Shown in pieces: positions 27,406 to 32,495 of a stretch of 32,495 bases of DNA (positions are counted from its first letter, which is position 1; each line of letters begins with the position of its first letter). A program made the translations under genes and the position numbers. Source of the stretch: a virus (lineage: Duplodnaviria; Caudoviricetes). The stretch covers positions 1 through 32,495 of the IMG/VR virus record IMGVR_UViG_3300032212_000108; one strand, 5' to 3'. The notes beneath the pieces were generated by a model. It saw only the letters and a program-made list of their open reading frames with translations, was not told the DNA's origin and did no database searches.

Positions 27406-27600
27406 TCAAAAAGCAGCAATGCGCTGCCAAAGAATCTCTGAGTATTGCCACATGATGTCGTTTTGCAATTTCATGCGCTCCTGCTCTTCGGGGTCAAGAT
27501 CATCGAACAGAGGGCTATTGCCAATAAACTCACTAAGCGCGGTGGCTTTTTGGTCAAGTTCGTTTTTCTCGTCAACTACTCGTTGTTGGTATGGCTGCAT
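27406..27600 (-). CDS. Small conserved phage protein (crAss001_48-like; cassette 4)
   Basis: MQPYQQRVVDEKNELDQK..L..F...L...EQ..M..Q...M..YS.IL..RIA.F pattern; GGAG RBS. Confidence 0.7.
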   Translation of the reverse strand: MQPYQQRVVDEKNELDQKATALSEFIGNSPLFDDLDPEEQERMKLQNDIMWQYSEILWQRIAAF

Positions 27601-27623
27601 ATCATTTGCTCCAGTGTAAAGCG

Positions 27624-27747
27624 GCATAACAAAGCGCATTAACTCGGACACATGCCGCAGTGTCCGGCGCTCAATTTTAGTTAAATGTTTACGGCTTTCT
27701 TTTCAAATTCATCGTTGGCATGCGCTCGGTTATGCGTAACGTTATAC
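27624..27747 (+). repeat. attC-like site 4
   Basis: GCATAAC-AAAGC-GCATTAAC-TCGGACACATGCC...GGCATGCGCTCG-GTTATGC-GTAAC-GTTATAC. Confidence 0.82.
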
Positions 27748-28524
27748 GGCATGTCTGGCTTCAAACTGTGCCTCGGCCTCTTCTCGGTTTGCGTGGTCAT
27801 TTACGCACAGCACTCCGCACTCAATATCAGGCATAGGGACATTGCGGCCCGCATTGGGGTCTAGCTCATCCAAAAACACCCGCTTCCGCTTGCCGTCACC
27901 GGCATAAGTTTTATTTATGGCTACATTCATTTTCCGCTCTTGTTTTGCCATCTTCTCGAAAGCGTCAGGAAAATCAAATCTTATCTTGTTCCAGTATCCT
28001 GCCTGCCCTTTTATACATCCAATGCAGTTGTTATTGTTGTAACCCAGTTTATACATTGCAGGTAACTCAATCCCGGCCTGCTGCAAGATACGGTAACAAT
28101 CTTTTTTCACTATCCCGGCTTCCTGCAATACCCACTCAACCTCCAGCTCCGGATTTTGATCTTCGAATCGATCAATTCGTTTTTCTTCATCGGCAGTAAG
28201 TCCAAAAATGTGTACGTCATCTTCTAATTGGTAGGCTTTGCGCACATTCTTTTTTAGCTCTGTTGTGCATCGTGCGCCACCGACGCCGATCAGCCAGCCG
28301 GTTTTATCAAACACATCATAGATGTCTGAGTATTTTTCTGACTTAAGCAGTTTTATATCCTTGCCTAACCAGCTTTCAACGTCACGCAAAAATCTTATAT
28401 TGTCGTCATGCTCATAGGCGAGAGTGTCACAATACAAAACCTCTGCATCAGGATACTTTTCAAGCGCCATCTTTGCTGCAACAGCAGAGGCAGCCCCACA
28501 ACTAAACCATACTAGGTGTCTCAT
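27742..28524 (-). CDS. Phage PAPS-reductase-like (adenine nucleotide alpha hydrolase) protein (cassette 5)
   Basis: WFSCGAASAVA PP-loop-like motif; CTTELK; MYKLGYNNNNCIGCIKG; C-terminal ECGVLC. Confidence 0.8.
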   Translation of the reverse strand: MRHLVWFSCGAASAVAAKMALEKYPDAEVLYCDTLAYEHDDNIRFLRDVESWLGKDIKLLKSEKYSDIYDVFDKTGWLIGVGGARCTTELKKNVRKAYQLEDDVHIFGLTADEEKRIDRFEDQNPELEVEWVLQEAGIVKKDCYRILQQAGIELPAMYKLGYNNNNCIGCIKGQAGYWNKIRFDFPDAFEKMAKQERKMNVAINKTYAGDGKRKRVFLDELDPNAGRNVPMPDIECGVLCVNDHANREEAEAQFEARHAV

Positions 28525-28541
28525 AATTCCTCCTAAATGCC

Positions 28542-28614
28542 GTATAACCAGCGGTTCAACGGCGACATTCGCCGCGCTGGCGCTTACTCATGCGCGTTAA
28601 CCTTCACGTTATGT
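28542..28614 (+). repeat. attC-like site 5
   Basis: GTATAAC-CAGCG-GTTCAAC...GTTAAC-CTTCAC-GTTATGT. Confidence 0.85.
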
Positions 28615-28615
28615 T

Positions 28616-28903
28616 TCATAATTTCTTCCGCGCAATAATCCGTCTAATAACTGAATTGTGTTTATCCATTGCGCCGATTTGTTGCGCCTTGGTTGTCGGT
28701 GGTGTAAACGCCTTCCATAAACCTATCAATGCTTGTTCAGTTTCTATTAAGCGGTCATTCAGCACTTTGATTTCCACCGTTTGTTCATCCAGCCGTAAGG
28801 CTGCTTCATTGCAAGCGCCATTTGCTACGCCATCATCACACTGGATTGTTCTCCCCAGTTCGTACATTGCGCCGCTAATCACTCGTGTTTCTACTCGTTT
28901 CAT
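28616..28903 (-). CDS. Hypothetical protein (cassette 6)
   Basis: GGAG RBS; L..TIQCDDGVANGACNEAA.RL. Confidence 0.75.
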   Translation of the reverse strand: MKRVETRVISGAMYELGRTIQCDDGVANGACNEAALRLDEQTVEIKVLNDRLIETEQALIGLWKAFTPPTTKAQQIGAMDKHNSVIRRIIARKKL

Positions 28904-28918
28904 GTTTCACTCCAAAAA

Positions 28919-28985
28919 ACATAACAACCGCTTTCACTCGGACATGCGCAAAAGACGCGCCTGCCGGTGAAGCGGAGCGTTATAC
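28919..28985 (+). repeat. attC-like site 6
   Basis: ACATAAC-AACCG-CTTTCAC-TCGGACATGCGC...GCGCCTGCCG-GTGAAG-CGGAGC-GTTATAC. Confidence 0.88.
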
Positions 28986-29219
28986 GTCAGGCTTATCCGT
29001 GCATTTGCGGTTAAGCCCGTCGCACCGAAGCCCCTTACCGCTCATTGTTGAATAAAAGCCAGGGTTAGCGCCACACCAAGAGCATCTTCCAGCGCTCCAT
29101 TTCAGAAGCTTTCTGCCTGTTCTCAGCATCTTTGCTCCGCACCACGTAACCGAATTTCTTATAAATGCTCCGGCTTTGGTGTTCCAAAGAAAGTTATGTC
29201 TAATCGCATCAGTGTTCAT
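28980..29219 (-). CDS. Hypothetical Cys-containing protein (cassette 7, gene 2)
   Basis: Start MNTDAI with GAGGAG RBS and TAATG coupling; stop at G|TTA. Confidence 0.65.
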   Translation of the reverse strand: MNTDAIRHNFLWNTKAGAFIRNSVTWCGAKMLRTGRKLLKWSAGRCSWCGANPGFYSTMSGKGLRCDGLNRKCTDKPDV

Positions 29220-29341
29220 TATTCCGGCTCCTCTGTTTCGTTGCCGCAAATTGGGCATTCTGTTTCGCCAGCAACAAGCTGACATTCGTCGTCGCATGTC
29301 TGGCAATAAACTAAAACTATGTCGTCAGGGTCACAAAGCAT
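29219..29341 (-). CDS. 40-aa zinc-finger microprotein (cassette 7, gene 1; absent from ORF track)
   Basis: Manual translation MLCDPDDIVLVYCQTCDDECQLVAGETECPICGNETEEPE; two CxxC; TAATG overlap with the next gene. Confidence 0.65.
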   Translation of the reverse strand: MLCDPDDIVLVYCQTCDDECQLVAGETECPICGNETEEPE

Positions 29342-29358
29342 TGCTCATACCTCCAAAC

Positions 29359-29418
29359 GTATAACAATAAAAATTCAGTCGGACGCAAAAACCGCGCCGC
29401 TGATTTTTGGCGTTAGGC
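29359..29418 (+). repeat. attC-like site 7 (60 bp)
   Basis: GTATAAC-AATAA-AAATTCAG-TCGGACGC...GCGCCG-CTGATTT-TTGGC-GTTAGGC. Confidence 0.88.
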
Positions 29419-29419
29419 G

Positions 29420-29662
29420 TCATAAAGGGACACCATCACCATCAAACCATGTATCCGGGTCATCGCCAAATAATCGCTTTCTTGAGCTAACGAAAGCATC
29501 CCATTTAGTTATTGCTGTGTACGGATAATCACATGGCTCGTTTTGCATCCATGCTCTCATCATCTGTAATCGAGCGCCGCGCTGTCCACAACATTTGGCT
29601 AACCGAGATATTTCTTCTGCGCACTCTCCATGTATATCGGCATCTGGTTCTATATCAAACAT
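29420..29662 (-). CDS. Hypothetical protein (cassette 8)
   Basis: AGGAG RBS; QRGARLQMMR..WFDGDGVP. Confidence 0.75.
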   Translation of the reverse strand: MFDIEPDADIHGECAEEISRLAKCCGQRGARLQMMRAWMQNEPCDYPYTAITKWDAFVSSRKRLFGDDPDTWFDGDGVPL

Positions 29663-29684
29663 TTTTATATCTCCTGTTAAAATC

Positions 29685-29747
29685 GCCTAACAATTGCATT
29701 AACGCGGACGCAAAACAGCTTTGCGCCGGTTATGCTGGTCGTTATAT
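29685..29747 (+). repeat. attC-like site 8 (63 bp)
   Basis: GCCTAAC-AATTG-CATTAAC-GCGGACGCAAA...TTTGCGCCG-GTTATG-CTGGTC-GTTATAT. Confidence 0.9.
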
Positions 29748-29948
29748 TTCTCTCCGGCACATCAGCAACGCCAAAGCTTTTTTGCTGAGTAGCAAATGAG
29801 CTTCAACACTAGCGGCGATGTAGTCGGGCACTTTTCCGCGAGTGCCCCATCCTTTGTATGTACTTAAGCCTACCGCTAACAGTTTAGCCATTTGCTCCTC
29901 GGTGAGGCCAAGCCCGTTCCTGACCTCTGTTAGTTTTCCAAAATTCAT
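29742..29948 (-). CDS. XRE-family HTH transcriptional regulator (cassette 9, gene 3)
   Basis: LTEVRNGLGLTEEQMAKLLAVGLSTYKGW. Confidence 0.8.
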   Translation of the reverse strand: MNFGKLTEVRNGLGLTEEQMAKLLAVGLSTYKGWGTRGKVPDYIAASVEAHLLLSKKALALLMCRREI

Positions 29949-30160
29949 TTAAACCCATACCGTTTTAAAACACCTGTGATTTCCTGATTAGGACTCCCCA
30001 CGTATTTGCATGCATTTTCAATAGATTCTCGGCTGGCGATGTTGAAATTTGCGAATTCAAAGCCGCCTTGTTGTTGGCATTCTCTGTGAAGCTCACTCTC
30101 TCCGCCATCATCCTCGCCCCAGATAGTTGTCATGCCGACATTTCCTTTTTTAACTTTCAT
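29945..30160 (-). CDS. Hypothetical protein (cassette 9, gene 2)
   Basis: AGGAG RBS; ATGA overlap with the HTH gene. Confidence 0.7.
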   Translation of the reverse strand: MKVKKGNVGMTTIWGEDDGGESELHRECQQQGGFEFANFNIASRESIENACKYVGSPNQEITGVLKRYGFK

Positions 30161-30172
30161 ATCTAATCACTC

Positions 30173-30565
30173 CTATTTGTAAACGTAGCAAACAAATTCA
30201 CCTTCAAATCCTGCCGGTACAACGCCGGTGTCGATTTGGTGCTGAGTTGGTTTCCATGGTTTGCCGTGCTCTAAACCGTATTGCTCGGCGTGATACAGGC
30301 TAGTTACATAACGCTGTTTTTGTTCGGTTTGCTCGGCAGCCTCTTGTTTGGCTGACTCCAGCTCGCTCAGCATGTCTAGAATTTCAGCAATTTTTGCTTT
30401 GCCAGGCTTTCTCATTGGCTCTACTACAACGCTGTTGTTCTCAACGGTTACGTAGATGGTGTCACCCGTAATTGCGTGAGCTGATTTACGGATGGCCTCT
30501 TTGTCGGCACTTTCAATTGTTGCTGTGAAAACAAACTCGCCGTCGATTCGTGTAGTAGTTGCCAT
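30173..30565 (-). CDS. Hypothetical protein (cassette 9, gene 1)
   Basis: AAGGA RBS downstream of a strong promoter. Confidence 0.75.
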   Translation of the reverse strand: MATTTRIDGEFVFTATIESADKEAIRKSAHAITGDTIYVTVENNSVVVEPMRKPGKAKIAEILDMLSELESAKQEAAEQTEQKQRYVTSLYHAEQYGLEHGKPWKPTQHQIDTGVVPAGFEGEFVCYVYK

Positions 30566-30609
30566 TTTCTTTTTTCCTTGTTGGTCGCTTTTATCTCTAA
30601 CTTGTAAAT

Positions 30610-30638
30610 ATTATAGTACGCAATGCGTACCAATGCAA
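30610..30638 (-). promoter_or_regulatory. Sigma70 promoter TTGCAT-17-TATAAT with a perfect palindromic operator GTACGCA-N-TGCGTAC in the spacer
   Basis: Read directly; palindrome at 30616-30630. Confidence 0.8.
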
Positions 30639-30665
30639 GGATTATTTAAGCACCAAACAAAAGAA

Positions 30666-30736
30666 ATATAACAAAGCAATTGAGCGCGACCATCCCTCGC
30701 GGTGCTCGGTCTGTCGCCTCATTGCAACCGTTAGAT
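30666..30736 (+). repeat. attC-like site 9
   Basis: ATATAAC-AAAGC-AATTGAG-CGCGAC...GTCGC-CTCATT-GCAACC-GTTAGAT. Confidence 0.85.
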
Positions 30737-30739
30737 TGC

Positions 30740-31117
30740 TTATCGGTGTCCCCACTGATGGCCGCAATCGTGGCAAAGCTCATAATCAGCTTCAGGTAAT
30801 GCGAATGATACATTAGCGCCAGTCGTCGCCCATTCTTCACTTTCGCACTTCGGGCAAACCGCTTTAATAATCCTGTGAGAATCAATCCAGTATTTACCAG
30901 TCTTGCCTTGCACTCTAATTTTCATTTCATATTTAGAGTGGTCGCAAACAATCGCCTTACGTTCTTCTAGCCCGTGGCGAATGATTAACATCACGCCTTC
31001 TGGATATTCTTGCGCCATTTTCTTGAGCGCTTCTTTTTCAATGTCCTTCATCATCTGTTCCATTTCTCTGAAGGTCTTATTATCAAGTTCACGCCTTAGC
31101 GCTGATCCACCGCTCAT
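30740..31117 (-). CDS. Hypothetical protein with C-terminal zinc ribbon (cassette 10)
   Basis: CPKC...CHDCGHQW; GGAG RBS. Confidence 0.75.
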   Translation of the reverse strand: MSGGSALRRELDNKTFREMEQMMKDIEKEALKKMAQEYPEGVMLIIRHGLEERKAIVCDHSKYEMKIRVQGKTGKYWIDSHRIIKAVCPKCESEEWATTGANVSFALPEADYELCHDCGHQWGHR

Positions 31118-31142
31118 GTCATTACTCCGTAAGTTGGTCGCA

Positions 31143-31230
31143 ATCTAACAAAAGCAATAGAAGCGGACGGTTCGTCCGCAGTGCTTCGTAGCTTGCTTGG
31201 TCATGCCGCCGTTCATTGCTGCCGTTATAC
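31143..31230 (+). repeat. attC-like site 10
   Basis: ATCTAAC-AAAAG-CAATAGAA-GCGGACGG...CCGCCG-TTCATTG-CTGCC-GTTATAC. Confidence 0.85.
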
Positions 31231-31779
31231 CGCACTAGGTAGTTCAGCGGTGCATTCAACCTCGTTGCCCCATGCGTCCCAACCTGCGGTGGTAGTTCTA
31301 GCGAATAGCTCAACTCGTGGCAGATCACCAAAGGTGTCAACAATCATATCTCTAAAAAATGCAGGCTTTTGGCTATGGGCTTCTCTTGGATGGTGCCAGT
31401 GGTTCCCTTTCACTCTTTTTTCTGCTTTTACAGTCCCTTTCCTACAAAACAATAAATATTCATTGGCAAGGGTGAATGTACCGCCCAACCCAATGCCCTT
31501 TGGGGTCTTATCCCACACCAACATGGTGCTTGGCTTAAAACCCCATGCGCGAGCCACTTCGTAGCTTTGCTCTAGGTATTTGTTTATAGTCCAAAGGAAA
31601 AGAACGCAATTTTTATCGGCTATATCTCTTACCGGCAATCCTTTTATTTCATCTAATCCCATCGTTGGATATGTAAGTTTTAAACTACGCTCACTGTCCC
31701 CGCTTTTTCTTCCCTGTTTGCTTCCTGCCATCACTTGCCACGGCGGGTCTGCATAAATTATTTGATATTTCTTTGTCAT
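31225..31779 (-). CDS. MT-A70 family N6-adenine DNA methyltransferase (cassette 11)
   Basis: YQIIYADPPW; YPTM; LFLWT; WGF; HSQKP; RVELFAR..GWDAWGNE. Confidence 0.92.
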   Translation of the reverse strand: MTKKYQIIYADPPWQVMAGSKQGRKSGDSERSLKLTYPTMGLDEIKGLPVRDIADKNCVLFLWTINKYLEQSYEVARAWGFKPSTMLVWDKTPKGIGLGGTFTLANEYLLFCRKGTVKAEKRVKGNHWHHPREAHSQKPAFFRDMIVDTFGDLPRVELFARTTTAGWDAWGNEVECTAELPSAV

Positions 31780-31804
31780 AAATTCTAACTCCAGTGTAAT
31801 TGCG

Positions 31805-31863
31805 GCATAACCAAACCATCAAAACGATGCGCTACCGCGCACGTCTTATGGCAACTGTTATAA
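31805..31863 (+). repeat. attC-like site 11 (59 bp)
   Basis: GCATAAC-CAAAC-CATCAAAA-CGATGCGC-TACC-GCGCACG-TCTTATG-GCAACT-GTTATAA. Confidence 0.85.
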
Positions 31864-32232
31864 CTCTACCAATATCCCCAAGCCCTTAAGTGCGGCGGCT
31901 CGAGTTTCGAGCATGTCATTGGGCATCTGCTCCCACCCGTAAAATGTCTTGCCGTAATAAAGATCGTCACAATTCCGGTCTTCGTCGTTAAGCTCACCTT
32001 TTAAGCGAATCATCTTTTCTTTATAGCTTTCCTGGCCAACCACTTCGTAGTCATCATTGTAAATATCGCAAGGGCCGTCCTCTTCGTCTCTGTCACTCCA
32101 GCAGCCATAGGTTTTCTCTTTATCTAACCACTGATAAACAGTCTCATCATTTTCAGCAAGTACGAAAGTTTCAATTGCTTGATGGCTGTCTTTTTGTGAT
32201 AGGTGCTCAACATCAATTCTGTATAGGTTCAT
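31858..32232 (-). CDS. Acidic hypothetical phage protein (cassette 12)
   Basis: GAGG RBS; stop at G|TTA. Confidence 0.75.
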   Translation of the reverse strand: MNLYRIDVEHLSQKDSHQAIETFVLAENDETVYQWLDKEKTYGCWSDRDEEDGPCDIYNDDYEVVGQESYKEKMIRLKGELNDEDRNCDDLYYGKTFYGWEQMPNDMLETRAAALKGLGILVEL

Positions 32233-32247
32233 CTTTTTTACCTCGAG

Positions 32248-32376
32248 TTATAACAAGGCCGGTCAACTCAGACACACTACCGCGTGGCTTCGTTCTGGCT
32301 CTTGTGTTGGTTTAAGTTCATCGTTTTCAATCGGTTCATAGTTGCGGTAGCGTGCTGGTTACCGGCAACGTTAGCT
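32248..32376 (+). repeat. attC-like site 12
   Basis: TTATAAC-AAGGC-CGGTCAAC-TCAGACACACTACCGC...GCGGTAGCGTGCTG-GTTACCG-GCAAC-GTTAGCT. Confidence 0.85.
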
Positions 32377-32495
32377 GTCATACATTCCAAGCTCTTGGCC
32401 TAATTTTGTTAATTTATCTACAGCTTCAATTTGATCTTTAGTTACCTGCTTATTAACAGCGTCAGCCGCATCACGCAAACATTGTGCAAGCCCAT
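32371..32495 (-). CDS. 3' end of a further probable cassette gene (partial)
   Basis: ...GLAQCLRDAADAVNKQVTKDQIEAVDKLTKLGQELGMYDS* ends exactly at G|TTA. Confidence 0.65.
   Translation of the reverse strand, partial: GLAQCLRDAADAVNKQVTKDQIEAVDKLTKLGQELGMYDS

Larger units (their letters stand above)
26032..32495 (+). mobile_element. Integron-type gene cassette array (12 complete cassettes plus 1 partial); no integrase in window
   Basis: 12 attC-like sites regularly spaced between genes; cassette-end complementarity at every junction. Confidence 0.88.

Noticed and set aside
30646-31343. Minus-strand ORFs 30646-30885 and 31122-31343 running through attC sites
   Set aside because: They are alternative frames overlapping better-supported genes and lack an RBS.
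685-31564. Numerous + strand ORFs in the ORF track
   Set aside because: They are antisense shadows of well-supported minus-strand genes, with no recognisable motifs or RBS.
26031-32376. CRISPR array or simple terminator/REP repeats as an explanation for the intergenic palindromes
   Set aside because: The repeats are not identical, are separated by whole genes, lack U-tracts, and show attC-specific box spacing and unpaired bases.

Overview
The window is about 32 kb of a tailed dsDNA phage or prophage with a P22-like (podovirus) virion module. Essentially all real genes lie on the minus strand. From right to left it holds an early/accessory region, NinB, an SF2 helicase, a NinG-like HNH nuclease, a six-gene accessory structural block, TerS/TerL, portal, scaffold, coat, a free-standing HNH-AP2 homing endonuclease, gp4/gp10-like tail proteins, ejection proteins and a beta-propeller tail fibre. 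The main discovery is that the accessory region (26031 to the window end) is an integron-type gene-cassette array inside a phage. It has 12 consecutive attC-like sites, each separating phage-type cargo genes, and one solitary cassette at 20625-21082. Each cassette's R'' end is complementary (7-12 bp) to the R' core at its own start rather than to the R' of its adjoining attC, which is the footprint expected from integrase-mediated circular-cassette insertion. Both loci begin with the same non-attC motif (GTRGTTTTC-N16/17-CTATTCGTTG|TTA), a candidate phage attI. All cargo genes run antisense to the attC top strand, and no integrase gene is visible in the window. All calls come from reading the sequence by eye; no searches were run.
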